DNA of 41,833 bases, from the IMG/VR virus record IMGVR_UViG_3300017909_003587, positions 1 through 41,833 of that record. One strand, 5' to 3'. Within the stretch, counting starts at the first letter, position 1. Each line of letters opens with the position of its first letter. This stretch comes from a virus. Its lineage: Duplodnaviria > Caudoviricetes. Below, piece after piece: positions 9,656 to 20,922 of this stretch. The notes under the pieces were generated by a model that worked only from the letters and a program-made list of their open reading frames with translations, searched no databases and had not been told where the DNA came from. The position numbers were made by a program, and so were the translations under genes.

Positions 9656-12600
9656 CTATGTAGTACATATCGCTCTAAAATCTCTAACTCTTGGAATACG
9701 GCTAGAGCTTGTAGCTGTTAAAACTAATTTAAACTGTATAGTACTGAAACTCTTATTACTTAAATCGTTTACACCACTATTACTTTCAACTACATCGTAT
9801 CTAACTTCTTCGAATCCAATCTCATTTACTGGGATATCACCAGTAACATGTATAAATGGTTTATCGTTTATATCTCCACTTTCACCGCCTTCTAATATTC
9901 TATAAAATAATTTAATGTCAGAACCTGAAGGTTTATTAGCATTGAATATTACAGTAAATGAATCAGCCTCTTCAGCTAGCTCAACCTTTCTTGTAATATA
10001 TCTACTGAGTTCAGAACCACCTCTTGCACTCAACTCATTACTTGATGCACCACTATTTGTTGCATTACCTGAGTCACTAATAATATTCTGTATAGTGTGT
10101 AATGATAATCTGTTCATATCAATTACAGGTGATAAAGCTTCATTAGTAGAAGTCATAGTTGCAGTAATTTCTACTGAACCAAGAGATAAGTCAGTTATAT
10201 TACTTTCATTAACTGGTGATGAGATTAACTTTGGTCTACTAAAGAAATAGTTTCTATTTGGTAACATAGGGAATGCATCAGCTGCTTGAGCTCCACCGTA
10301 TGAAACCTCTGATGTTGAACCAACACTTGTACCGTTTATTAATCTAGTAGAGAATGTAATTAATGTTCCTGGTAATTGTATATTTGAAATGTTTGGATAT
10401 AATACATTTATCAATCTATTCTCACTAGCTGTTACTGTTGAATCTCCACCCGCTCCAGTAGCTGAAGCTGTATCAGAATTCTTAGCTGTAATTTGATAAC
10501 TGTTATGTGTTACATTACTGATAGTAAAGTTACCTTCTAAATTACTATATGTGATACCGTTAATATCACCTGAACTTAATCCTGTAGCTAATGTCACCTG
10601 ATCATTTGATTCATACATACCATGATTAGGATGGTTAACAGTTACTACTGCACTACCACTTGTTGTTGTAAATGGATTACTTGGTAGCTTTCTTACAGGT
10701 AATGCATCATTAATAAATGTTATAGTATTTGTTTGTCCTGTCTTAAATGATGCTCTATGTAATTTAAATTTTAAATCTTTACTTTGTTCTGGAGTCCATG
10801 TTGAAGCATTTTGAGAACTAAAGAATACACCACCATAAGGTTGTTTTGCAATAGTAAAGTCTGCAGTAGTTAAATCTTGTCCACCCATTTCAGCAACATA
10901 TACTTCGTAGTTATCACATTGTGAAGTAATAACAACTGCATATTCTGTATCTTGTGCTAAGTATACAGGATAATCAAATGCAAAGTTTGTTGCAACATCA
11001 GCATTACCTAAACCACCATTTGCTGTAGAGTCTGATGGTAAATTAACATCAGCTGGATATAAAATCTTATCAGCTCCAGGTACAATCTTTTGAGTAGGTA
11101 TACCATTTTCTACAGATCTTATACTCACTCTTACAGGTATGGCAGCATCTTTTGTTCTAAAGAATAAATCTACTGACTTAACAAATATACCACCCTCTTT
11201 ATCTACCAAGAATGTTTCTGCTAATGGGTCAACCCATGTAGTTGTTTCTACTGTCCTATCTTCTATTAATTCAGTTTGAACTAATCTTGGAACTTTAGTA
11301 GATATAATTGTTTCTTCGATTGTTTCAATCAATCCTTGTGCTGAATACTGAGCTTCAGCAAATGTTGTTTCTGTTTGTTTATTATTTTCAGAACTATCAG
11401 ATAATCTAAATTCTCTTTTACCTGTTGCAAATTTTAATACATCATTCCTTGGTATAACAAATGATCCTGATAGTTTACCTGATGCATCTGTTGTTAAAGT
11501 TCCAGCTGTACTTGGATGGCTTGTAGCACCTTCATGAGTTACAACTGATGTTTGGTCAGAGAACTCAAATGGATTTGAATTACTGAATGTTTCTCCTCTT
11601 ACATAATCAGCAACATTAACTCCATCAAAGAATGCAAATACTCTTGTGTCAGGCTTCATTAGTTGAGCCTTAAAGTTAATTTCTCTAGACCTTATGAATG
11701 GTACAAAATTTATTTCAACAACTCTTGACCCTGTTGACCTTTCTACTGTATCAAAAGCTATCTCAGTGTTTATACCGCTTCTTGATTGGAATTGTGTTTC
11801 GGTTACAGCTTGAGCATTATTATTAAAGTCACCAAATTCATTCCACCAAAAATCTCTATCACCGGCATCCATCATACCTCTTTCATTTAACTCTGTACCT
11901 GTCCAGTTAGTTACCCATTCATTCCATACTGTACCAAGGATTCCTAACTCTTCTGCCATCTCTACAAATTGATCATATGTAGATGAATCATCGATAATAA
12001 TAGCAGGCCTTACATCTGTTTCTTTCCATTCATCAGAATCTGGTGAAAGCTCTATCATTCCACCCCATGTAAATACATTGTATGGGTTTACGTTAGAAGC
12101 AAATGATGAGTATGGTTGGTCAACAAATACCTTATCTGTACTTTCCATTTCCATAGTAACCATTGAACCATTCTTAACACAATTACCGCTATCACCTGTT
12201 TTTCTAATTAAGTTAACATTTCTTTCATCAAACTTTGGCCTTAATAATCCGTTTCTTTTATCAATAGAAACTGCATAGTCTGGATTAGATACATCACCAA
12301 CGTTATGTCCTCTAAATCCATCGACTATAAATCCATTCTTTGTTCTGCTAAAGTTACTTCCATCAAACAATGATACATCAGCAGCTGATTGTTCTAATAA
12401 AGATAAAGATGTATAATATTCTAGGTTCTTTATTCTTTTATCAAGATGACCGATATCTTTCATAGTATATCTTCTATTATCGATTATCTCTGGTTTTAAT
12501 TCGTTAAGATTAAATATATATGGCCCAAGTTTTAAATCGTATATACCCATACTATCTTTAGGTGTATCTGGAGCTTTAGGATTTAAATCTGATATACCTT

Positions 12601-15025
12601 TTTCTACTTTGTAATCACCTTCTCTAGTTACATAGAGTTTATCAATCCTTGGCATATAATGTGTTAGCTCTGATGATGTTGATGAATTAGGTTTAGGCGC
12701 TCTAGGATTTGTACCACCAGCACTGGTAAAGTTTGCACCTGTGTTATCTTTCCTTGGTCTGAAATCAATGGCGTCTCTTAATTTAATTGGACCATAGTTT
12801 GATTGAAATGTTGGAATCTCATCATATGTAGTACCATTACTTTCATCGTTTCTATATGAGTTTACAGTAAAATAATCACCAGTACCATGAGCCCAATATT
12901 TAAATGCTACTGTAACATTACCAGGGTCTGCAAATCCAGGCTTAAGAATAATTCTACCTACATCATAAAAGTTATCTCTTTGACCATTATCTAAAATAAA
13001 TCTATCTGTAATGTTTTTATTATTTGCATCTATTACAGAAGTAAGTTCAGCAATATCTGCTTTACCTAAACTACGGATTCCATTTGTTAATCCGCCTGAT
13101 GATAGAGTTCCGTTTGTTTTTGTTTTACTATTAGGTGAGAGGTTAACTTTAACATCAGCCATTACTTTAATTCTATGGGATGAACCATTTGGAGTTGTGC
13201 CACCAATATCTGTAAATGTTAAACTTGTTGCTCCATCAACTCCAGTAATAGTTGGAGTAACATCAATTACTCCTGTATCTAGCGATGCTACAATACTTGA
13301 AACATTTACAAAAGATTCACTACCTGGAGAGTTAACTGCTATTTGATTATCTACTAAATCAAAACTTTGTTTTACAATATATTCAATACTGTATGCTGAA
13401 GTTTCGTTATCACCTGACATTGTCTTTAATGTATATACCGCAGAAGCTGGTAATTTAAATACTAATCCGTTATGACCTACATCAAATAGATTACCTACAC
13501 TTGCCAAATCTCCTATGAATGCTTGACCTGCATCAGCAGTTTGTTTGACTGATTTAACAGAACTAAATACATTAGAGCCAGTCATACTAATATCAAATAA
13601 GTATAATCTTAATTCACCACTTACATATTCTAATGACCTTGCTCTTGCTGTACCAATTTTATTTCCTGAAGCTTGTCCTGTAGCAATTGTTTCGCTATGT
13701 AAATCTAATGTTCTAAAATCATTTACATTTGGTACACCTTTAACAGTACTTGCAGTTAGCTTGACATAGTTACCCACTGGTAAACTTGTAGTTGCATTTG
13801 CTATTGTTGTTCTATCAGAAGCAGCCCTTGGTTTTTCTACTGTGACAGCTCTAATAATATTTGTTTTAACTCTATGACCTTTTACGTATGCTGTATTACC
13901 TTCAATTAATACAGCTAACCTAGCCTTACCAAATGCAATAGCACCAGCATTATCTGATGCATCACCATCTGCAATAATTTGTGCAGTAGTTTTATAACCA
14001 TTATTTGTATTATCATTATAGTATTCTTTAACAGTAATTTGATATGGCTCAACACTATAATCACCACTTTCTTCAAATGTTCTTCGTGCTAATCTATCTG
14101 TCAGTTCAGTATTAAGAGTTTTATCTGTTTCATCAACTACAGCTAAACCATTTTTTACAGTTAATAGAGTTACGTATGAATCTTCACCTAGAGTTGCATT
14201 TGCTCTTGTAATTAAACCTGCAGGGTCAGCATCAGTGATTGCTTGTTTAATTAACTCTGTTCCAATTTTATATCTCTGTGCACCAGGCGCAGCTTCATTT
14301 GGAGTACCTGAAGCATTATCAAGTAGTGATGTATCAGTAGATGAATTAACTATTGACTCTGTAACTTTAAGTGCAACAAGATAATCGTTATGTGTTTCAT
14401 ATTTATCTAATATTAATGATTGACCTTGAACATATACAAAATTACCTGCAATAAAATAAACACCTTCTTCAATATTAACTACAACGCCTTGACCTGTTGG
14501 AGTATCTGATGTTGGTTTTACTTTACCATATAATACGGTACCTGATGTAGTTCTTATTTCTTCTCCACCAGTAAATGTTTTTGTTGTATTGTTTGTACCT
14601 GAGTTTACATATTTAATATATAAGGTTGCTGGTTCAGATGCTGATGATACTTCTTGAACTACAGCTTGTACTACAGCTCTCACACCAGATGTATCACCTA
14701 CAATTGTTTTACCAACATAGCTACTTAATTCTGTATTAGTAGTTTGAGAACCTTGTGTACTATGAGTAAATGTAGATTCTACTTTTAAAAATTCGTATTG
14801 ATTATTTAAGGTTACTTTACCATCGACAACTCTTGAACCATCTTTAAAATTATATTGACCAAATCTATCTAACTGAGCTTGAAGCAAAGTTTGTAATTGA
14901 GTTAGTTCTCTTGCTTGGACAGCATGTCCTGGTCTAAATAAAATACGATGAAAGTTTTTTGATTCAACAAAATCGTCAAATCCGCCAGTCGCATCATTCT
15001 TATGATATATATTTGTCGTTGCCAT
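9656..15025 (-). CDS. DUF4815 / VrlC-like large virion structural protein (1789 aa)
   Basis: DDFVESKNFHRILFRPGHAVQARELTQLQT, LARRTFEESGDY, RRYTMKDIGHLDKRIKNLEYYTSLSLLE, DPLAETF and SSQNASTWT motifs; follows gp8. Confidence 0.9.
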   Translation of the reverse strand: MATTNIYHKNDATGGFDDFVESKNFHRILFRPGHAVQARELTQLQTLLQAQLDRFGQYNFKDGSRVVDGKVTLNNQYEFLKVESTFTHSTQGSQTTNTELSSYVGKTIVGDTSGVRAVVQAVVQEVSSASEPATLYIKYVNSGTNNTTKTFTGGEEIRTTSGTVLYGKVKPTSDTPTGQGVVVNIEEGVYFIAGNFVYVQGQSLILDKYETHNDYLVALKVTESIVNSSTDTSLLDNASGTPNEAAPGAQRYKIGTELIKQAITDADPAGLITRANATLGEDSYVTLLTVKNGLAVVDETDKTLNTELTDRLARRTFEESGDYSVEPYQITVKEYYNDNTNNGYKTTAQIIADGDASDNAGAIAFGKARLAVLIEGNTAYVKGHRVKTNIIRAVTVEKPRAASDRTTIANATTSLPVGNYVKLTASTVKGVPNVNDFRTLDLHSETIATGQASGNKIGTARARSLEYVSGELRLYLFDISMTGSNVFSSVKSVKQTADAGQAFIGDLASVGNLFDVGHNGLVFKLPASAVYTLKTMSGDNETSAYSIEYIVKQSFDLVDNQIAVNSPGSESFVNVSSIVASLDTGVIDVTPTITGVDGATSLTFTDIGGTTPNGSSHRIKVMADVKVNLSPNSKTKTNGTLSSGGLTNGIRSLGKADIAELTSVIDANNKNITDRFILDNGQRDNFYDVGRIILKPGFADPGNVTVAFKYWAHGTGDYFTVNSYRNDESNGTTYDEIPTFQSNYGPIKLRDAIDFRPRKDNTGANFTSAGGTNPRAPKPNSSTSSELTHYMPRIDKLYVTREGDYKVEKGISDLNPKAPDTPKDSMGIYDLKLGPYIFNLNELKPEIIDNRRYTMKDIGHLDKRIKNLEYYTSLSLLEQSAADVSLFDGSNFSRTKNGFIVDGFRGHNVGDVSNPDYAVSIDKRNGLLRPKFDERNVNLIRKTGDSGNCVKNGSMVTMEMESTDKVFVDQPYSSFASNVNPYNVFTWGGMIELSPDSDEWKETDVRPAIIIDDSSTYDQFVEMAEELGILGTVWNEWVTNWTGTELNERGMMDAGDRDFWWNEFGDFNNNAQAVTETQFQSRSGINTEIAFDTVERSTGSRVVEINFVPFIRSREINFKAQLMKPDTRVFAFFDGVNVADYVRGETFSNSNPFEFSDQTSVVTHEGATSHPSTAGTLTTDASGKLSGSFVIPRNDVLKFATGKREFRLSDSSENNKQTETTFAEAQYSAQGLIETIEETIISTKVPRLVQTELIEDRTVETTTWVDPLAETFLVDKEGGIFVKSVDLFFRTKDAAIPVRVSIRSVENGIPTQKIVPGADKILYPADVNLPSDSTANGGLGNADVATNFAFDYPVYLAQDTEYAVVITSQCDNYEVYVAEMGGQDLTTADFTIAKQPYGGVFFSSQNASTWTPEQSKDLKFKLHRASFKTGQTNTITFINDALPVRKLPSNPFTTTSGSAVVTVNHPNHGMYESNDQVTLATGLSSGDINGITYSNLEGNFTISNVTHNSYQITAKNSDTASATGAGGDSTVTASENRLINVLYPNISNIQLPGTLITFSTRLINGTSVGSTSEVSYGGAQAADAFPMLPNRNYFFSRPKLISSPVNESNITDLSLGSVEITATMTSTNEALSPVIDMNRLSLHTIQNIISDSGNATNSGASSNELSARGGSELSRYITRKVELAEEADSFTVIFNANKPSGSDIKLFYRILEGGESGDINDKPFIHVTGDIPVNEIGFEEVRYDVVESNSGVNDLSNKSFSTIQFKLVLTATSSSRIPRVRDFRAICTT

Positions 15026-15040
15026 AAATGTTTCCTATTA

Positions 15041-16456
15041 TTAAAATTCTATAATAACTTTAATGTCTTCAATCTGTGTTGCACTTCTACTAATCGGTGC
15101 TCTATTTTCTAAGAATAGCATTTCACCGGATCTTCTGTCAACCCCGGTACTTGATACAACATTTGCATTAGATGATTCTAATACTAATGATGTACTCGAT
15201 GTTTGACCTTGAATTGTTTCACCATCATCAAATACCTCAAAGCCTGTCTTTTCGTTTTGATGGTAATAAACTATTCCGTTAGTTGTATCTACTTCTGTTA
15301 CAAATGCAGTAGGTGAATTATCACTATTACCAACAATTACTTCATCTACTTGTAAGTTAGCAATTGTACCTGATGCAATATCTAAACCACTCATCGGTTT
15401 AATTACATCTGCGGTAGCTGCAGCACCACCATATGCTGAAGCATTATGTACCTTAGGATCTTTAAGTAACATAATTTGTCTAAAGTCATTACCTACTGTA
15501 ATATCATCTCCTCCTGAGTTATCTAGTTTAGCATTAAGTGATATAAAGAATGATCCTAATTCTCTTACAGGGTCTACACCATGACCTTGTTTAGGTGCTA
15601 AGATTGCAGTTGCTTTTGCAACTATATCTGGAGTACCACCTGAGAAACTAACTTTAGCTACTCTGTAATCTGTTCCTTTTGCTGTAATAGTAAATCCTGA
15701 AACGGTTTGTGTTCCACCTGACCCTGCCATAACAGCTGTAGCTTCTGCACCAGTACCATCACCAGATATAGTAACGGTAGGAGCTGAATCATATCCTGTA
15801 CCACTTCCGCCAACATCTACTTGAATTCTTTCAATGCCTCCAGCATTAGCATGGTCTCTTGATGCTTTTTGATTTAAGTACTGAGCATAATCACCTTCTG
15901 ACAATGCAGCTTCTGCAGCATCATCATCTGCATAGTCTAGGGAAACTGTCTTAACAGGCATATAAGATGTTGTGAGAAACTTTTCAGCATCTGCTGTTGA
16001 TATTGTATACATGTACTTCCATATATATCCATCAGACTCAGCAGTCGGTGCGGTTAATGTTTGTACTGGTTGAATTGTAGATGCATTACCTGGAGCAAAG
16101 ATACATTTGTATACTTTAAACTCTGATGTTAATACATAAAACTTTTTATCGAAAATATCAGGATCTGTTGAATCCCAATCGTCGTATGTTGTTCCTGATG
16201 CCCAGTCATATCTGGTTACTACGTGTGATATATCACTTGCTGCGACTTTCTTTAAAGCTAATAGGTTAGCTCTTGCTAAACCTTCATCATTTAAATGATC
16301 ATTTGGATTAGGTGCTGTAGTATCTGTTGTATCTGAAGTAGAGTCAGACCATACATCTGCTTTACCAATACCAACATATACTTTATCAGTACCTACATCT
16401 GCCTTAAAGTTTTCAGCATTTAAAACTCTAAAATTTGATGTTACTATTGCTGCCAT
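15041..16456 (-). CDS. gp8: Baseplate wedge subunit gp8
   Basis: VTRYDWASGTTYD, FYVLTSEFKVYKC, DGYIWKYMY and C-terminal ENRAPISRSATQIEDIKVIIEF; synteny gp6-gp7-gp8. Confidence 0.93.
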   Translation of the reverse strand: MAAIVTSNFRVLNAENFKADVGTDKVYVGIGKADVWSDSTSDTTDTTAPNPNDHLNDEGLARANLLALKKVAASDISHVVTRYDWASGTTYDDWDSTDPDIFDKKFYVLTSEFKVYKCIFAPGNASTIQPVQTLTAPTAESDGYIWKYMYTISTADAEKFLTTSYMPVKTVSLDYADDDAAEAALSEGDYAQYLNQKASRDHANAGGIERIQVDVGGSGTGYDSAPTVTISGDGTGAEATAVMAGSGGTQTVSGFTITAKGTDYRVAKVSFSGGTPDIVAKATAILAPKQGHGVDPVRELGSFFISLNAKLDNSGGDDITVGNDFRQIMLLKDPKVHNASAYGGAAATADVIKPMSGLDIASGTIANLQVDEVIVGNSDNSPTAFVTEVDTTNGIVYYHQNEKTGFEVFDDGETIQGQTSSTSLVLESSNANVVSSTGVDRRSGEMLFLENRAPISRSATQIEDIKVIIEF

Positions 16457-16470
16457 AATTGTTTCCCTTC

Positions 16471-18588
16471 TTATTCAATGTCTATAAAAGTAGACGTGTT
16501 ATATTTATTTATACTTGTTGAGTCCAAAGTTTGCAGAGTATTGCTTCCTAAAAACTCAATTGTTTGGTTGCCATCAAGATACCTCGATGATGTAAAGAAG
16601 TTGTCTGTACCTCTTCTTTGCTTATATCCATTATTTATAATGGTTCTAAAATTGTTATTTCTTAACTTAACTTCATGTGCTGGTAGCTGTTTAGTATTAC
16701 CAGTAGACTGTTGAGTTACAGTCCAGTTTTGCCCTGAGTTTAATACACCGATTTTTAATAATCCACCATTATATAATGTCCTTGCTCTAACAGAACCCGG
16801 TCCTGTTGGATTTGTTTGTTTACCAGAATACGGCAAAACTTCTGCATGGTTTAATTGTAATTCAATAGTTTCAGGAGTTTCTTTTACTCTATTTTCATTC
16901 ATTGATGAACTATTGATTCTCAATCCAGGGTCTAGGATATATCCATTACCTGCATTTGTTATATTAACAGCAGATATTTCCCCTTCAGAATCTAAAGTAA
17001 ATGTAGCAGTAGCCTGAACATTACTTGATAATAAAACTCCATCTGCATCTTTAGATGTAGGAGCATCTAGTACAATAGTAGGTGCAGAGGAATATGTTTT
17101 ATTACCTCTACCTAACATATTAAGAGATGCTACTTTACCCGCATTTGTATTTGCCGCGACTGAAGCAAATAGCGAAGCCCAGTGTTGACCACCTGATGTT
17201 ATTGTAATAGCATCTTGGTCAAGTCTACCATTACTATCAATACCTATACTAATATTTGGATTCACTCCTGTTTGTCCAGATACAGCTGTTCCGTTAAATG
17301 TAATAGCGGGTGCTGAACTATAACCAAAGCCAGGGTTTAATATATCTACTGCTGTCACAGTACCTGAGTTATTTAATGTTAATGATATCTGAGCATTACG
17401 ATGTATCTTAGCTTCTACATTAGGTAAGAACTGAGAAGCAAAAGCCTCTATTACTAATGGTATATCTTCTGGTCCAATAATACCTGGTTGAATATCTGGC
17501 ATCCTACTAAGTAAATTAGTAATAGCATCTTCTATTAATTCTAAGAATATTAAAATCTCTGAAAAATATATAAACCCAGATGGATGTACTAATCTATCAT
17601 ATGCATATTCCCAATCGGATACATTAATACCTGACTTAATTAAATAACTAAACTTTTGATACCTGTGGCTATCATGCAATTTAATACTATCAGATAAGAA
17701 TCCTTTATTATCTAAATACTGTCCACCTCTAGGTAAAGAAGAATTAGTATCCCAGTTACCTGAAGATGGTATTAATGTATAGTCATAAGGAAACTCTACT
17801 TCTGCTGTATCATTAAACAATAATCTAAAAAAGATTTCAATAGAATCTCTTGAGCCTCTGAGTTTATAAAAGTCAATTATTTGTTTATAAAGATTTCTTT
17901 TATTAACTGTCAGTGACCTTGGAACTGTAGCTGCTATTTCTTTTTGCATTAGCTCCAAATAATTTAAACCGTTCTTATCTATATCCATTGCTTGTTCAAT
18001 GGTATTCATAACATAGGAAGGACCAGGCCCTACCCAGTTAGTAATAGGGGTTACTAATGTAGCAACCTGACCTTCATACAAGAATGGAGTGTTTATATCA
18101 TTATTATCTACTCTATCACCTAATGATTTACCATCCACCTCAACATTTTTAATAGTTAATGTTTTACCAGTTTGATTAGATGTTCCTGCTAATGAACCTG
18201 GTAATTCATTACCGTTTGTTATCTCTACGTTTCTACTACTAAGTGGAATAGTATCTATTTGATTGGTATTATTATTTAGAACAGTAAGAACTGAATCAGT
18301 GCCAGTAGGATCATTAAAGAATTTATTATTTTCATTCTTAGGGTCCGCTACTCTAACTCTTATTGAACCATTAGTAACTCTATCTGTAAATGTTTCATTC
18401 TCTGTGAATATGAATTCGTCCATATTCATAAATGTATAATAAGCTTCTAAAAATTTCTTTAGCTTATCGTTATCATTTACAATACTCTCTGGTAATAATT
18501 GGTCTAAACGAATATCTTCTTTAGTACCATCAAGTGTAGAAGTTTGGTTTTCTACAACGCCTGGAGAATATGAGTTTTTATATGGCAT
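16471..18588 (-). CDS. gp7: Baseplate wedge initiator gp7-like
   Basis: FLEAYYTFM, IDFYKLRGSRDSIEIFFRLLF and LHDSHRYQKFSYLIKS...VHPSG motifs; lies between gp6 and gp8. Confidence 0.85.
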   Translation of the reverse strand: MPYKNSYSPGVVENQTSTLDGTKEDIRLDQLLPESIVNDNDKLKKFLEAYYTFMNMDEFIFTENETFTDRVTNGSIRVRVADPKNENNKFFNDPTGTDSVLTVLNNNTNQIDTIPLSSRNVEITNGNELPGSLAGTSNQTGKTLTIKNVEVDGKSLGDRVDNNDINTPFLYEGQVATLVTPITNWVGPGPSYVMNTIEQAMDIDKNGLNYLELMQKEIAATVPRSLTVNKRNLYKQIIDFYKLRGSRDSIEIFFRLLFNDTAEVEFPYDYTLIPSSGNWDTNSSLPRGGQYLDNKGFLSDSIKLHDSHRYQKFSYLIKSGINVSDWEYAYDRLVHPSGFIYFSEILIFLELIEDAITNLLSRMPDIQPGIIGPEDIPLVIEAFASQFLPNVEAKIHRNAQISLTLNNSGTVTAVDILNPGFGYSSAPAITFNGTAVSGQTGVNPNISIGIDSNGRLDQDAITITSGGQHWASLFASVAANTNAGKVASLNMLGRGNKTYSSAPTIVLDAPTSKDADGVLLSSNVQATATFTLDSEGEISAVNITNAGNGYILDPGLRINSSSMNENRVKETPETIELQLNHAEVLPYSGKQTNPTGPGSVRARTLYNGGLLKIGVLNSGQNWTVTQQSTGNTKQLPAHEVKLRNNNFRTIINNGYKQRRGTDNFFTSSRYLDGNQTIEFLGSNTLQTLDSTSINKYNTSTFIDIE
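16506..16513 (-). promoter_or_regulatory. Late promoter TATAAATA upstream of gp8
   Basis: Exact consensus in the gp7 3' end, about 50 nt upstream of the gp8 ATG. Confidence 0.65.
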
Positions 18589-20444
18589 TATTTAAATCTC
18601 GATGTGGTTGTATAATCTACAGAACCTGAAGCTCCGCCTACTGCGATAGTATCAACCTGTGGAGTAATTACAACTTTGTCATTTGTTATTGCTAGTAGTT
18701 CATTACGCTTTGGTGCAATATCTAAACTGTTAGGGACTACAGTAACTGTAATAGCTGTAGCATCATCTGGAGTAAAATCATTTAAAAGAACTGTACCTTT
18801 CTCTGGATTTAATTCACCAGCATTTGGTATTACTGTTACGTTAACACCATCTACAACTTTATATACAATTACTTGTCTTTTTGTTTCACCTGCTATTGGT
18901 TTGTCTCCAAAGAAATGGTCAACACCTCCAATTTTAAATGCAGTCGTAGTCAAAATAAATTTAGTTGATTGACCTGATAGATAAAACGGCGCAGCAAAAG
19001 TTAATGTAACACTATTCTTTTGATTAGCTGTCGGCGTAAATGATTGAAACATTCTTGGACGTAATATTGAGTTAATAATTGATGGGTCAGAATTATCAAT
19101 TGCTTTTGTTAGCTGTGAGTATCTAAACACACCATCGAATTTATTTAAGTTATCAAAATTATAATCTGTAATAGTATCTCTCACAACAGATTCTAAATCA
19201 ACAGCAGTCCTGTCTGTAAGGTTAGGATTATATTTAAAGAACACATCTAGCTCTAAGTTTGTAAACACAGGGTCAACAATCTCTGGCGTAATTGAAACAA
19301 TGTTCTTACCTTTTAATATTGTATTTGTAATAGTTGTCTTTTCAGCTTGAGTTAATGTTGAAGCAAGTAATGGTTTAATTGATAAATAAACTTTGCCATA
19401 ATCAGGTGGATCATTATCTTCACCACCCCAAGTAGATATACTATCTATGTTTGAGAAATTCTTTTTAATAATAGATGCATAGTCTTCTGCGGTCACAGCT
19501 CTGTTCTGAGTAATAAATGTTAGCGGAGCGTTGAATCGAATACTTTCTGTTGTTTCTTTTTCAACTCCACCTACTGAAGCGGATACTGTAACTGGAGTAT
19601 CTGCACTATACCCTGATACTAAATCAACCATAGAGAACGATGTTGCTCCATTACTTTCGTCACCACTTGTGATAACATAATCGATTGTAACGATTTCGTT
19701 ATTTGTTGGTTTACGTCCAGTAACACCATCACCGAAGTATATCTCATAGAACCCTGATGGATTCTCTTGTAAATAATATACTTTAGAGTTTGAGTCTACA
19801 TTATCCAAAGATTCAAACTGAGTATAGATATCAAAACTATTACTGTTCTCATTACTTTGTACTCTGACTCTTAAAGTAGATGTATCTGCATTTACATCAG
19901 ATAGTTGGAACTTCTGGTTTTCAATATCGTTATCAACTCGATACTTGAGTTCTCTGAGCTCACCTTCTACTAAAGTAACATTATTAAAAATATATTTACG
20001 TCCTGTATCGTTTACTGTATTATTATTGAGAACAATATATTTGTATTCTTCACCATCAGGTAATACTGTTCTTAACTTAGTACCTCTCGCTAAAGTTAAT
20101 GGATTACCAAAGTTAACATTATCAAATTGCGAGTTTGTAAGGTCTACTGTAATATTGACTACGGCACGAGGAGATAAATCTGAACGAGGTATATACCCTA
20201 ATAGTTTCGCACGGGTAACAACATTACCTCTGATTTGTGCAGAATCCAAAAAGGATTCGTTTAAACTGTAATGAGCATTGAGCGCATTATAATGAGTATT
20301 ATATGCGAGCACATCTAATAATATATTTAAACCGCTACCTTCAAAATCATAACTTGTAAATTCGTTTTGACGTTTAAGGAAGTTCTTTAAATTATTTTTA
20401 ATATCATCGAAATCTAATTCTGTTACTTTTAAATTTGTTGCCAT
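18588..20444 (-). CDS. gp6: Baseplate wedge subunit gp6
   Basis: ELDFDDIKNNLKNFL, YDFEGSGLNILLDVLAYNTHYNA, ESFLDSAQIR, QNRAVTAEDY and WGGEDNDPPDYGKV motifs. Confidence 0.96.
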   Translation of the reverse strand: MATNLKVTELDFDDIKNNLKNFLKRQNEFTSYDFEGSGLNILLDVLAYNTHYNALNAHYSLNESFLDSAQIRGNVVTRAKLLGYIPRSDLSPRAVVNITVDLTNSQFDNVNFGNPLTLARGTKLRTVLPDGEEYKYIVLNNNTVNDTGRKYIFNNVTLVEGELRELKYRVDNDIENQKFQLSDVNADTSTLRVRVQSNENSNSFDIYTQFESLDNVDSNSKVYYLQENPSGFYEIYFGDGVTGRKPTNNEIVTIDYVITSGDESNGATSFSMVDLVSGYSADTPVTVSASVGGVEKETTESIRFNAPLTFITQNRAVTAEDYASIIKKNFSNIDSISTWGGEDNDPPDYGKVYLSIKPLLASTLTQAEKTTITNTILKGKNIVSITPEIVDPVFTNLELDVFFKYNPNLTDRTAVDLESVVRDTITDYNFDNLNKFDGVFRYSQLTKAIDNSDPSIINSILRPRMFQSFTPTANQKNSVTLTFAAPFYLSGQSTKFILTTTAFKIGGVDHFFGDKPIAGETKRQVIVYKVVDGVNVTVIPNAGELNPEKGTVLLNDFTPDDATAITVTVVPNSLDIAPKRNELLAITNDKVVITPQVDTIAVGGASGSVDYTTTSRFK

Positions 20445-20448
20445 AGTT

Positions 20449-20892
20449 CTACCTTAGTCTTCTGAGTACGATGTCTACCGTCTCCTCTATATTATTTTCC
20501 TTTATACGAAAAAGTATTGCAATCTTATATGCATTACTATCTCGTAAATCTTTAATCTGTATTGATTGTATCTCTACACGAGGTTCATATCTTTTAATCA
20601 CTCGCTTAATATTATCTCTGAGCATAATCTGAGTAAAGACATCAGCGGGCTCGAATAGTAACGAACGAAGGTTAGCACCTTTCGTTACTGCGAATGGTCG
20701 CTCATAGAAATTTGAAACGAGAAGATTTTTAATTGCATTCTTTATCGCTACATCATCACGTACCGGTATAATATCTTTACGGATTGGATGTATCGTCAGC
20801 GATAAATCTAAATCAGTCCACTGCTTTTTTCGCGAGTCGACCTTCGATTTTTTATAATCATCGTTTACTGTCTTGTCTGATAGATTTGCCAT
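20449..20892 (-). CDS. gp25: Baseplate wedge subunit gp25
   Basis: DLDLSL...AIKNAIKNLL...YERPF...LLFEP...RYEPRV; directly upstream of gp6. Confidence 0.93.
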   Translation of the reverse strand: MANLSDKTVNDDYKKSKVDSRKKQWTDLDLSLTIHPIRKDIIPVRDDVAIKNAIKNLLVSNFYERPFAVTKGANLRSLLFEPADVFTQIMLRDNIKRVIKRYEPRVEIQSIQIKDLRDSNAYKIAILFRIKENNIEETVDIVLRRLR

Positions 20893-20897
20893 ATAGT

Positions 20898-20905
20898 TAT
20901 TTATA
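20898..20905 (-). promoter_or_regulatory. Late promoter TATAAATA for the gp25-gp6 operon
   Basis: Exact consensus, intergenic, 5 nt before the gp25 ATG. Confidence 0.8.
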
Positions 20906-20922
20906 ATAATTATAATAGAGTT

